In this document: positions 20,517 to 30,105 of the stretch, in pieces | Layout: each line of letters begins with the position of its first letter | Position numbering within the stretch: position 1 is the stretch's first letter | Assembly: GCA_016182525.1 (NCBI GenBank) | Contig: JACPGL010000029.1 | Coordinates: 22,997-86,996, forward strand | Direction: 5' to 3' | From: Candidatus Kerfeldbacteria bacterium | GTDB lineage: Bacteria > Patescibacteriota > Patescibacteriia > JACPL01 | Length of the DNA stretch: 64,000 nt | Position numbers and translations under genes: made by a program | The notes under the pieces: generated by a model | What the model was told of the DNA's origin: nothing | Databases searched by the model: none | The model's input: only the letters and a program-made list of their open reading frames with translations

Positions 20517-21443
20517 ATGGATTATTCGGTCATCGTTCCGATTCTCAACGAGCGTGAAAACATACGGGAGTTGCATCGGCAAATTCTCGAGACCATGCGT
20601 GGACTCGAGAAACCTTTCGAAATTCTATTTGTTGACGATGGTTCGACCGATGGAAGTTTTGACGTGATGCAAGAACTCGCGCCCCTCACGATTATCCGCA
20701 TGCGAAAATCGTTTGGGCAAACCGCCGCATTTGACGCGGGCATTCGCAATGCTCATGGCGAAGTTCTGATTACGCTTGACGGTGATCTTCAGAATCCCCC
20801 GTCTGAAATTCCTAAACTCTTGCATGAACTCGAGAAAGGATTTGACGCAGTATGCGGCTGGCGAAAAAATCGTCAGGATCCGCCCGTGAAAAAATTTATT
20901 TCCGAGGGTGCGAAGTTCCTGCGAAAATTCTTAGTGAGCGACGGCGTGCACGATGCAGGGTGCTCGCTTCGCGTCTATCGACGTGAATGCTTTCACAACA
21001 TGCAGCTCCTTGGTGAAATGCATCGCTTTATCCCTGCTATCTTGCGCTGGAACGGTTTTCGAATCACCGAGATTTCCGTAGAACACCACCCTCGCCTGCA
21101 TGGCACAAGCAAATACAATTACAAAAGAATCCCAAAGGGGTTTTTAGATATGATCACTGTGTGGTTTTGGAGAAAATACGCAACTCGGCCGCTCCATCTT
21201 TTTGGCGGACTCGGCCTTTTGTTGCTTGGCTCAGGTTTTCTTCTTGGAATCGCGCTCGGCATTCTCCGCGCATACGAGCGCATTTCTCTTGGCCAAAGCA
21301 ATCTTCCGCTCTTTACTGCTCTCCTTATTCTCGTCGGCACGCAGTTTCTTATTACCGGAATTCTCTCGGATATTTTGATTCGAATGTACTATAAATCGGA
21401 TCGTTCGGACTATTCGATACAATCCATTCACACCCGCGAGTAA
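20517..21443 (+). CDS. GT2 polyprenyl-phosphate glycosyltransferase (Dpm1/GtrB/ArnC-like) with C-terminal TM helices
   Basis: MDYSVIVPILNERENI...ILFVDDGSTDGS...ITLDGDLQNPP is the GT-A DxD-type core, followed by two C-terminal TM helices. The ATG at 20517 is preferred over the upstream TTG. Confidence 0.8.
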   Translation: MDYSVIVPILNERENIRELHRQILETMRGLEKPFEILFVDDGSTDGSFDVMQELAPLTIIRMRKSFGQTAAFDAGIRNAHGEVLITLDGDLQNPPSEIPKLLHELEKGFDAVCGWRKNRQDPPVKKFISEGAKFLRKFLVSDGVHDAGCSLRVYRRECFHNMQLLGEMHRFIPAILRWNGFRITEISVEHHPRLHGTSKYNYKRIPKGFLDMITVWFWRKYATRPLHLFGGLGLLLLGSGFLLGIALGILRAYERISLGQSNLPLFTALLILVGTQFLITGILSDILIRMYYKSDRSDYSIQSIHTRE

Positions 21444-21449
21444 GCTCGT

Positions 21450-24400
21450 TCAAGAATTTTCTGTTATCGAGACATCGGAAAACCATATCGGGCACTCGGC
21501 AAGCGTGCCGCTTTGTGGTTCGCTCGTCTGAAAGCGGATCTCGTGTTCCCCGTTGGCAATCATGAGCGCGAATCTCACAGGCGCAAACTCTGACCATGTG
21601 ATTTCTTTTTCGGAAACCTTTTTTCCATCTATGGTGGCGACAAGTGTTTGCCGACCCTCAGAACAGGTGCGAATATCTGCGGCAAACGTTGTCGAAATTT
21701 CATGCGCACTCGAATTGTGTACGACAATTTGCGCACCCTCATTCATCTTACGAACCTGCACCACGCTTCCCACTCGCTCCAGAATATCCCAATTTTTGCC
21801 AACGTGCGCCCATGGTTGTGAACTATCCTCTTTTGGCGCAATGGAATAGACGATCATATCATCTTGCGTTGACTGCGAAATAAGCGGAACGTATTGTTCA
21901 ATCATCGTGCGATAGGCATCTACGTCTTTTTCGGAAAGGAGATTAGTGTGGAGCACAATCGTTTTTGTTCCCGACCGCGCAAGAAAAGAGGAGATCGATG
22001 ACGCGTAGAACGAATCGTCGAAGATATCATGGTGAGCGCTGAACGAATCTTCGCCCTCGCCCGATCCATAAAAGAGAGCACTTCCAATCAGGGGAACCGA
22101 ATCGAGCGGTGAGAGATCTTCTGGCATTCCGAGAGAACGCGGTGACAGAATTCGCTCCTGTTCATCAGTGCGCGTTGTCGAGTATCCATGAAAAGGGATC
22201 TGGAGAACGGATCCATCGTTTTTGCTCAAGATCTGTTCATACACGCCGCGCGTCTTTGACATCCCGTCCGTTGAAATTTTTGTGATTTCAGCTTTTGCAC
22301 TGGCATCTTCGCCACCTTCAGACGTCTCCATTACAAACTGAATGCGCGTATCCTCTTGTGCAAGGGATGATGAAATGCGAAATCTCTGAAAATCCTTCGA
22401 AAGCGCAAAACGATAGGATTGCCCGTCTCCCCAATCAACGCGAAGCACCGAACCTTCTCGCCCCCGCGCAAACAATTGAAGCGTTGCGCCCTCCTGATGA
22501 AAGATATTCCGTATCGTAAGTTCTGCGCCCGTTTGCACGACTTGATACGCCAATCCTCCATCAACCTGATAGGGTTCCCATCCATTTTTTTCTATAAGGA
22601 GCGGCGCGGGCGTGATTGGAAAGAGATCGTCATTCAAGCGATACGCGGCCAATGTGTCATCTTCAAAAACCTTTCGAGCGGAGACCGCCTCCTCCAGAAA
22701 TGAACGAAGATACACATACTCCTCCAGAGGCATCTCTCGATCCCCCTCTCCGATAAACTCTTTGTGGAGGGTGATATACCGAATTCCAAACGATGAAAGA
22801 ATCGCCGTATTATTTTGCCGATTCAGCGTATCGATCGCCGAATGCGCTTGCGGGAATGCATCGTGCGGCAACTCATACAAGAGTTCCTTGAGGATCGGGA
22901 TTTCCTGATTGCGCTGAACGATGGGGTCGTTTGGATTTGACCGCGCAAACTGAAATGTATTGATCATCGGGCGCTGGTGAATCGCCTGATAATAGGTTGA
23001 GCGTGCCGCAGCTCTATAATTCGTCTCGCTCGGAATTTCAAGAATGGAGAAATTTCCCGGCTCATCTCGAATCATCGTATAGAACGGTGAATACGCGAGC
23101 GATGTCGTGGGGATTGGAACGGAGAAGTATTCTGTAACAAGCAATGCGCCAATTCCGACAATGGCAAGAGCTGCTCGGCGAGGATGACGTATCCTTTCGG
23201 CAATGTGAGCCACTGCAAACGCAAATACTACCGCAAAACACATATATGCGCTAACCGAAATCCGATCAATGGCGCGAATATTTTCAAAAAACGGAAAGGC
23301 TTTGTACAGCAAAAGGTATGGAAGAGGAATACGCGGCTCAATCACTCCTTGCACATGCAGATACGGCCCAAGCGAGAGAATATAAAAACCAACTCCTGCA
23401 AGCGTCCAAAACAAGATCTCGCGAGTCCGCTGGTGTACGAGAAGCATTGCAATGAGAATGATCAGGGTATAGCCAAGGTATGCCGAATAGTCAACCTCGT
23501 TTCCCGTAAAGGAGCTTCGGATCGGCTCAAAAAAATCTCCCCACACTCCATGCGTGAACGGCGGAACAACAGCGCTCAAGAGATCATTCGAGTACCGAAT
23601 GGCTTGTTCCTGCCCTGGGTTAAGCCAATTTTCTTGTGACGTTGCGATGCGGAGAAGTGGCAAATAGTGAAAAATACCAACCGCGACTGCAAGAATCAGT
23701 ACGGCAAAACTTGAAAAAAGAAAAACTCGATTTTTAAAAACGCTTCGATGATTCCAAAAAATAAACGGGAGAAAAACGATCAGAAACAAAGCGTAAAACG
23801 CAGCGAAATGATTTTCGCCCTGAATAAGGAGGAGCAAACTGAACAAAAGGGCGACCGCGGTTACGATACGCGGCCGGCGAACGAAACGCAGAATGAAAAA
23901 TGTGGTGAGTGGAATCCACTCAGTGTGCGTCGAGCCGGCAAATCCGAATGACCATGCGACGTGCGCCGGGTTAAAGGCGTAGATGACGCCGGCAAGAAAC
24001 GCCGCACCTTGAATAGTAAGGTACGTCCGAAAAGAATTATCCGTGGAACGAACTGTCCGACGATCATCGCCGCGCGAAACTACCCGAGCATTGTCATTGC
24101 GAGGAGTGAAACGACGAAGCAATCTCGATCCCTCAAGAACTTCTTTGGCAAGAAGATACATCCCGAATCCGGAAGCGATATACGAAAACATCCAAGACAA
24201 ATTGTACCCGAGCGGCGCGCCGAATATGGCATAGAGCGCGGTGTGGATGGTGATCGGGTCAACGCGTACATTTTTCACCGTATCCCATAGCGCACCAGCA
24301 TACCCAAGATCACGAAGGCGAGCATAATTATTGAGAATCTTCGAGAGCGTATAATGCATGTCGCTCCCCAAGCCCGCCGCTTCAGTCCCCACGTGTATAA

Positions 24401-24482
24401 TGACGGGATAGGTAAAAAGGAGTGTCAGGAGAACATACGCTGCGAAGATTCCAATGACGAAAAGGGTCGATAAACGTTTCAT
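21450..24482 (-). CDS. Large polytopic membrane protein (1010 aa); putative lipid-linked-sugar-dependent glycosyltransferase (GT-C/YfhO-like) with a ~500-aa extracytoplasmic C-terminal domain
   Basis: The N-terminal half has ≥12 TM helices. The first loop motif GLGSDMHYTL resembles the YfhO/GT-C D..QY loop. It sits adjacent to the GtrB-like GT2. Confidence 0.45.
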   Translation of the reverse strand: MKRLSTLFVIGIFAAYVLLTLLFTYPVIIHVGTEAAGLGSDMHYTLSKILNNYARLRDLGYAGALWDTVKNVRVDPITIHTALYAIFGAPLGYNLSWMFSYIASGFGMYLLAKEVLEGSRLLRRFTPRNDNARVVSRGDDRRTVRSTDNSFRTYLTIQGAAFLAGVIYAFNPAHVAWSFGFAGSTHTEWIPLTTFFILRFVRRPRIVTAVALLFSLLLLIQGENHFAAFYALFLIVFLPFIFWNHRSVFKNRVFLFSSFAVLILAVAVGIFHYLPLLRIATSQENWLNPGQEQAIRYSNDLLSAVVPPFTHGVWGDFFEPIRSSFTGNEVDYSAYLGYTLIILIAMLLVHQRTREILFWTLAGVGFYILSLGPYLHVQGVIEPRIPLPYLLLYKAFPFFENIRAIDRISVSAYMCFAVVFAFAVAHIAERIRHPRRAALAIVGIGALLVTEYFSVPIPTTSLAYSPFYTMIRDEPGNFSILEIPSETNYRAAARSTYYQAIHQRPMINTFQFARSNPNDPIVQRNQEIPILKELLYELPHDAFPQAHSAIDTLNRQNNTAILSSFGIRYITLHKEFIGEGDREMPLEEYVYLRSFLEEAVSARKVFEDDTLAAYRLNDDLFPITPAPLLIEKNGWEPYQVDGGLAYQVVQTGAELTIRNIFHQEGATLQLFARGREGSVLRVDWGDGQSYRFALSKDFQRFRISSSLAQEDTRIQFVMETSEGGEDASAKAEITKISTDGMSKTRGVYEQILSKNDGSVLQIPFHGYSTTRTDEQERILSPRSLGMPEDLSPLDSVPLIGSALFYGSGEGEDSFSAHHDIFDDSFYASSISSFLARSGTKTIVLHTNLLSEKDVDAYRTMIEQYVPLISQSTQDDMIVYSIAPKEDSSQPWAHVGKNWDILERVGSVVQVRKMNEGAQIVVHNSSAHEISTTFAADIRTCSEGRQTLVATIDGKKVSEKEITWSEFAPVRFALMIANGEHEIRFQTSEPQSGTLAECPIWFSDVSITENS

Positions 24483-24623
24483 GCGTGCAAAAGTATACCA
24501 CGTTTTTGCCTAAAACCAGCTATTGTATGTGAGTTATGCCTTGACTTCCTCGTCTTTTTTGCTAGGTTTAGGTGTTCTTGTATCCGGAAACGCCGGTGCA
24601 GGACGCCAACGCGGAGGTGTATC

Positions 24624-25124
24624 GTGACCGTTGACGAGATTCGAGAGCAGGCAGCAAGCCTGCTCGACCAGCTGAACCCGTTCGACCCGCTTGGAACCCG
24701 CCTCTTCAACGCCGTGGCACGGCACTCGGTCTCGGTCAGCGTCGAGGCGGTGTGCCTCCGGCGCACCGGCCGGGGAGTGGGGGTGTTCCTTTCTCTCCGC
24801 GGGGAGGAGGAGAGCTTCCCAGAGGAGTGGCACTGCCCCGGATCCATTCAGCGTCCCGGGGAGACGGAGGAGCAGGTTCTCCAACGCATACAGCGTAAGG
24901 AGCTCCGTGTTCCCATCGTATCTGCGCTCAAGGCAGACGAGTGGGACAATCCGGGAGAGGGGGCACGTGGCCACACGCGCCACCTGATATACATCGTCTC
25001 CTTGAACAGAGGCGACGAGGTGGCTACAGGAATGTGGTTCCTGGTGTCCAACCTCCCTCCGGACACGATCCACTACCATAGGAATGAGGTGATTCCTCGG
25101 GCTGTCCGCGCATTCCTCGCCTAG
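24624..25124 (+). CDS. High-GC hypothetical protein with a Nudix-like fold signature but a degenerate Nudix box; likely horizontally acquired
   Basis: The gene has a GTG start, is ~62% GC and shows strong GC3 bias. EEWHCPGSIQRPGETEEQVLQRIQRKELRV aligns to the Nudix box region, but the REx2EE glutamates are replaced (RIQRKE). Confidence 0.45.
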   Translation: MTVDEIREQAASLLDQLNPFDPLGTRLFNAVARHSVSVSVEAVCLRRTGRGVGVFLSLRGEEESFPEEWHCPGSIQRPGETEEQVLQRIQRKELRVPIVSALKADEWDNPGEGARGHTRHLIYIVSLNRGDEVATGMWFLVSNLPPDTIHYHRNEVIPRAVRAFLA

Positions 25125-25324
25125 AGCGAGTCGCGCGCTCGAGGATCCTCGTCCTCTGCGTCCTGCCGACCCTTCGTGGTGTCGACAGGCGCTTCACTTT
25201 CCAAGTCCCCTAAACATATAATCATTCTAGCACTTCGTGGGAAAGGACTGAATAGCCACGAGCCTTTTCAAGTCTTTTCATTGCATTTTGGCCATATCCT
25301 ATGTGAAAGTGCATACAATATAGG

Positions 25325-26377
25325 TCATGCTGAGCTCGTTTCACCATAGATGATTCGTATTAAAGAAGCTCGATAGGTTCGAAACCATCCTTGAATAGTT
25401 GATGTCTGTACACGTTTGTGTGTCTGGATGTATTTTCGTTTTCGAAGAATAGAAGGTAAATGAAGAATGATATCACGCCAAGACTGAAGGACAATAAGCA
25501 GAATGCCTCCGCGGGCGTTCTGAACAAGACGTGCAGACGGCCCTTTTTTGCGAAGGATGCTAGAAAAAAGCAAAAAATAGCGGAATGGAAAAAAAATAAA
25601 AGCAAAGAGCAGTATACGAAATGGAAGATTCTTCAGAATGTTAAAGTATTGATTCCGGTGAATATAAAACGATTTGAAAGGAGAAGAACTTTTCCCTGTT
25701 GCACTGTGTTTGTGATGAACAATTGCTCTAGGCGTATAATACGACAAATATCCACGAAGACGCATGCGAAAGGCGAGATCGACATCCTCATAGTACGCAA
25801 AATAATCCTCATCAAAAAACTCACCATTTTTCAGCGCGCAATCTTCAAGCGCCTCTCGCGTATACAATGCCGCCGATGCACTCGCGCCGAACACCTCCTC
25901 TTCTTTCTCATACTGACCCTTATCCTTCTCTCCTTGACCACGATTGATCGCGCTCATATCAGGATAAATAAGAATACCGGTTGCATCAATGACGGCATTC
26001 GGGAAAGAGCGAAGAACATTTGGCTGAATTGACCCTGCCTGAGGATGCCGCTCAGAACAAGCGATCATTTCCTCCAGGTAGTTTGGCGCGACGACCGTAT
26101 CATTATTGAGAGTGACGACAGCAGACACATTGGGCTCCTGAAGGGCTAAACGTATTCCACGATTATTTGGATCGGCAAATCCTTCATTCTTAGGCAATGG
26201 AATCATTTGAACGCTTGGAAAGAGCTGCCGAACCATTTCTTGAGAGCCATCTGTTGATCCATTGTCGATACAAATAACACGGAAATTGTGGACGGTTTGT
26301 TTGTGAAGGGCTGAGAGACATGTCCGGAGCATTTCTCTCCCATTCCAGGTCACAATAATAACTGCAATCATCTTCAT
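25325..26377 (-). CDS. GT2 family glycosyltransferase (rhamnosyltransferase-like, soluble GT-A)
   Basis: MKMIAVIIVTWNGREMLRTCLSAL...ICIDNGSTDGS is the GT-A signature. The ATG at 26375-26377 was used as the start. Confidence 0.8.
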   Translation of the reverse strand: MKMIAVIIVTWNGREMLRTCLSALHKQTVHNFRVICIDNGSTDGSQEMVRQLFPSVQMIPLPKNEGFADPNNRGIRLALQEPNVSAVVTLNNDTVVAPNYLEEMIACSERHPQAGSIQPNVLRSFPNAVIDATGILIYPDMSAINRGQGEKDKGQYEKEEEVFGASASAALYTREALEDCALKNGEFFDEDYFAYYEDVDLAFRMRLRGYLSYYTPRAIVHHKHSATGKSSSPFKSFYIHRNQYFNILKNLPFRILLFAFIFFPFRYFLLFSSILRKKGPSARLVQNARGGILLIVLQSWRDIILHLPSILRKRKYIQTHKRVQTSTIQGWFRTYRASLIRIIYGETSSA

Positions 26378-26476
26378 GCCACGTATTCTGTCACAGAAGC
26401 CCAATCGCGTCAATTATTCCCTTTTTTGCGGGATTTTGATATACTCGGCATGTTTCATTGCATCTCCCGAACAGAT

Positions 26477-27673
26477 ATGTCGCAAGATTCGAGGCAGAGG
26501 ATCCTTATGATTGCTCCCACCCCCTTCTTTTCGAATCGGGGAACGCATATTCGGATCTTTGAAGAAGTAAAGGCTCTCGTCCGGCGCGGGTATACGCTTC
26601 ATATTATCACCTATCACCTCGGCGAAAATCCTTTCCACGACTCAAACATTCGTGTGCATCGTGTCCCCGCTTTGCTTTTTTGGTATCGAAAAACTGAGGC
26701 CGGGGTAAGTTGGCAAAAAATTATTTTGGATATACTCATTATACTTCAAGGGACATGGAAAGCACTGCGCCTTCGCCCCGACATCATCGATGCTCACCAT
26801 CATGAAGGTGTTCTCATCGGATGGTGTATCACGCGACTCCTTTTCTGGCGATCGATCCGGCTCATCGGGGATTTTCATTCCTCGCTTGCCGATGAAATGG
26901 CCTCGGACGGGTATCTTTCTTGGCCTCCGCTCTTTCGGTTCTTTCGTTGGCTCGAACGAATGACATCGCGGCTCCCAGATGAGGCGATTGCCAGCTCCAC
27001 AACCTATACTGGTGCTCTACAGAAGATGCGAAGAGGCCGCCCGACTCACTATGTTCCTGATGGAGTTGGGGGAGCACGTTCGCTTGATAACTCCGACTCT
27101 TCCGCTCACGAACGATTCCATCTCCCACGCGGGAAAGTGCTCATTGTCTATGCCGGTGGCTTTCAAGAGAATAAAGGCATCCTCACTCTTCTTGATGCTT
27201 TCGGTATCGCAAGCAGGAAGCGCAGTGATATACACCTCGTTCTCGCCGGCTCGCCCGCGCTGTCGATCAAGGCGCATCTTGCTTCTCGGCCTGAATTTCG
27301 CGAAACGGTCACGCTCGTGAGTCCGCTTTCGTACCATGATGTTCCCGCACTGCTCGGCGCATGCGATATTGGGGTCGATCCAAAAGAACCGCTTGTCGGG
27401 CAAGCCAGCGGAAAGATCTTGCAGTATATGGGGGCGGGCTTGCCGATTGTGTGTTATGATACGCCTCAGAATCGAGAGTACCTCGGCGATGGTGGACTCA
27501 TCGTGCGCGAGCGATCTCCCGAGAAACTCGCTGAAGCCCTTCTCGCGCTTGCGAACGATCCTGAAAAAAGGCGCCAGATGAGGAAAGAAAGCCTCTCGCG
27601 ATCGCGAACATTTTCATGGCAACACACCGCAGAAACCATTGAAAGAATCTACCACGATGTCTCACGAACGTAG
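26477..27673 (+). CDS. GT4 (group 1) glycosyltransferase
   Basis: RILMIAPTPFFSNRGTHIRIFEEVKAL is a GT4 N-terminus and a C-terminal nucleotide-sugar binding domain is present. The start was taken at the ATG at 26477; an alternative ATG lies at 26507. Confidence 0.8.
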   Translation: MSQDSRQRILMIAPTPFFSNRGTHIRIFEEVKALVRRGYTLHIITYHLGENPFHDSNIRVHRVPALLFWYRKTEAGVSWQKIILDILIILQGTWKALRLRPDIIDAHHHEGVLIGWCITRLLFWRSIRLIGDFHSSLADEMASDGYLSWPPLFRFFRWLERMTSRLPDEAIASSTTYTGALQKMRRGRPTHYVPDGVGGARSLDNSDSSAHERFHLPRGKVLIVYAGGFQENKGILTLLDAFGIASRKRSDIHLVLAGSPALSIKAHLASRPEFRETVTLVSPLSYHDVPALLGACDIGVDPKEPLVGQASGKILQYMGAGLPIVCYDTPQNREYLGDGGLIVRERSPEKLAEALLALANDPEKRRQMRKESLSRSRTFSWQHTAETIERIYHDVSRT

Positions 27674-29102
27674 TATTGCAAAAAATATGTTCGCTATGTC
27701 CGCCGGCCATATCGCCGGCCGCGTGCTGATGTTCGTCTTCACGGTGATCCTTGCACGAGAGCTTGGAGACGAAAGTTTCGGAACGTTTTCGTTTGCCTTT
27801 GCCTATGTGGCATTCGGTTTTATCGTTGCGGATCTTGGGATAAGCGTCTACAGCGTTCGAGAAATTGCCAAAGATCCATCGCGCGAGCGTGAATTCCTTG
27901 AAAACGGGATGCCGTTGAAACTTGTGCTTTCCGCGATCGCCGGCATCCTTATGCTCGGGGTCCTTTTCGCGCTCGCTCCGTTTCTCGACGACAGCCGAGA
28001 GTTGCTTCGGATCATACCTTGGCTTGCTGTGTATGTTTTAGGTGATTCGTTTATCCGCTTGTTTGTTGCGATTTTTCGAGCGCGACACAACATGGAGGTT
28101 GAAGCTGTGATCAATGTCTTCATCCGCGTCATTATCACGAGTTTCGGCATCCTTATCTTGTATAGCGATCGCTTTGCCGATCCTCTTCTCGTCATCATTC
28201 TCGTGTATACCGTTGCTCACCTTCTTGCAGTTTTATTTCTGTTTGAAAAGATTCGGAGCCTTTTCCCGCGTATCCGTTTTCGGTGGCTTTTCTCATCGTG
28301 GAAAACGATTCTTACCCATTCGTGGCCATTTGCCTTATCCATCTTTTTTACCGGCATCTACTACAATCTCGACACGCTCATGATCGGATTTATGCGGAAT
28401 TTTGAAGAAGTTGGATGGTATAACGCCGCGTACCGCATTATCTTTTTTTTACTCATGTTCATCGCCACATTTCAGAGCGTGCTCCTTCCCGTTTTCTCAA
28501 AACTCGCTCAATCGTCGAAGGAGGAGTTGAGGCGAATGATGTCTCTCGCCTCCCGTGTACTGTTCATGGCCACCATTCCTCTTGCAGTTGGCGGGCTTTT
28601 TGTGGCACGGGATTTACTGAACCTTGTGTACACCGAGGAGTATGTGAATGGCGCGATCGCTTTAAGCATTCTTTTGTTTACTGTCGTCGTGAACGGTGCA
28701 AGTTCAGTGTATGCAACAGCAATGCAAGCGATGGGCCACCAGAAAATCCAACTCCACGCCACGGCAGCCGGAGCCATACTCAATGCTGTGCTGAATGCTG
28801 CCGTCATTCCCGTCTTCAGCTTGAACGGCGCGGCAGTGACAACCCTGATAAGCGAGCTTGCGGTTCTGTTCTATCTTATGGTGAAACTCCGGCCGCTGCT
28901 CCAGTATTCACTTTCTCCTCATCTTGCGCGCCCTGTCCTTGCCGGATGCTGCATGGGACTTGGACTTTGGCTTTTTCACCCGCCTCATGTCCTTGTTGCA
29001 ATTGCTCTCGGAGCCGGAATCTATGGGATCGCTCTTATCGTTGTCGGAGGCGTTCGCCTCGAGGAACTTCGAAAGCTCACGGGCATGCTCAAGAGGGGTT
29101 GA
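27657..29102 (+). CDS. wzx: Wzx-type oligosaccharide flippase (MOP superfamily polysaccharide biosynthesis protein)
   Basis: The protein has ~12-14 TM helices. The N-terminal AGHIAGRVLMFVFTVILAREL is typical of the Polysacc_synt family. Confidence 0.8.
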   Translation: MSHERSIAKNMFAMSAGHIAGRVLMFVFTVILARELGDESFGTFSFAFAYVAFGFIVADLGISVYSVREIAKDPSREREFLENGMPLKLVLSAIAGILMLGVLFALAPFLDDSRELLRIIPWLAVYVLGDSFIRLFVAIFRARHNMEVEAVINVFIRVIITSFGILILYSDRFADPLLVIILVYTVAHLLAVLFLFEKIRSLFPRIRFRWLFSSWKTILTHSWPFALSIFFTGIYYNLDTLMIGFMRNFEEVGWYNAAYRIIFFLLMFIATFQSVLLPVFSKLAQSSKEELRRMMSLASRVLFMATIPLAVGGLFVARDLLNLVYTEEYVNGAIALSILLFTVVVNGASSVYATAMQAMGHQKIQLHATAAGAILNAVLNAAVIPVFSLNGAAVTTLISELAVLFYLMVKLRPLLQYSLSPHLARPVLAGCCMGLGLWLFHPPHVLVAIALGAGIYGIALIVVGGVRLEELRKLTGMLKRG

Positions 29103-29136
29103 TCATTTTTTGAACGCATGATAGAGTAGTGGCGGT

Positions 29137-30099
29137 ATGTCAACGATTTTTCTGACCGGCGGTGCCGGATTTATTGGGTCTTTTGTTGCAGAAAAGCTCC
29201 TTGGGCGAGGGGACACGGTTGTGTGTGTCGATGATTTTAACGATTACTACGACGTTACGCTCAAAGAAGCGAGAGTTGAACCGTTCACACACAATCCAAA
29301 CTTTACGCTCTACCGAAAAGATATTCGCGATCTCGCTGCAATGAAAGAGATCTTCGCGAAACACCGCATTGATAAAGTATGCCACCTCGCCGCGCGCGCC
29401 GGCGTCCGAGCATCAATCAAAGATCCTCTCCTCTACACCGAAGTGAATGTGGATGGAACAACGAATCTTCTCGAGTGCTGCCGAATCTTCAATGTGAAAC
29501 ATTTTATTTTTGCTTCAACATCATCCGTTTACGGCAACAATAAAAAAATTCCTTTCTCGGAAGACGATCCTGTCGATCACCCGATCTCCCCCTACGCCGC
29601 AACAAAAAAAGCAACCGAGCTTATTGCTCACACCTATTCCCACCTCTTTGGAATTCGCTGCATTGGATTGCGGTTCTTTACGGTCTATGGGCCAAAAGGC
29701 CGGCCTGACATGGCCGCGTTTCTTTTTGCTGATGGAATTATGAATGGAACAGCTATTCAGGTGTTTAACCATGGGAACATGGAACGTGATTTTACCTATA
29801 TTGATGACATTGTCGACGGTGTTCTGCGGTCGATTGATGCTGACGAGCTTCGCTATGAAATTATCAACCTGGGCAACTCGCATACCGTCAAACTGACCAC
29901 CTTTATCGAACTCATCGAACGCGGACTTGGAAAAACAGCAAACAAAGAGTTCTGTGAGATGCAGCCAGGCGATGTGCCAAAGACCCATGCGGATATTACA
30001 AAGGCGCAGCGTCTCCTTGGATGGCAGCCTCATACGAAAATTGAAAAAGGCATAGAACATTTTATTCAATGGTATGTCAATGAGTACAAACGGTCCTGA
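29137..30099 (+). CDS. NAD-dependent epimerase, UDP-glucuronate 4-epimerase-like
   Basis: [12 protein letters not shown]...DDFNDYYDVTLKEARVE matches the NDYYDVSLK motif of UDP-GlcA 4-epimerases. The catalytic YxxxK is in an SDR context. Confidence 0.65.
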   Translation: MSTIFLTGGAGFIGSFVAEKLLGRGDTVVCVDDFNDYYDVTLKEARVEPFTHNPNFTLYRKDIRDLAAMKEIFAKHRIDKVCHLAARAGVRASIKDPLLYTEVNVDGTTNLLECCRIFNVKHFIFASTSSVYGNNKKIPFSEDDPVDHPISPYAATKKATELIAHTYSHLFGIRCIGLRFFTVYGPKGRPDMAAFLFADGIMNGTAIQVFNHGNMERDFTYIDDIVDGVLRSIDADELRYEIINLGNSHTVKLTTFIELIERGLGKTANKEFCEMQPGDVPKTHADITKAQRLLGWQPHTKIEKGIEHFIQWYVNEYKRS

Positions 30100-30105
30100 A
30101 AAAAT

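Noticed and set aside
24479-25079. Minus-strand ORFs (24479-24847, 24534-25079, 24848-25066) antisense to the high-GC gene
   Set aside because: They are antisense frames of a GC3-biased gene. The plus-strand frame shows a coherent Nudix-like protein sequence, whereas the minus frames are Arg/Pro-rich junk.
25125-25324. Candidate intrinsic terminator after the high-GC gene (GC palindromes gagcg...cgctc, gaggatcctc)
   Set aside because: No U-tract follows the stems on either strand. These are more likely compositional palindromes of the foreign segment than a Rho-independent terminator.
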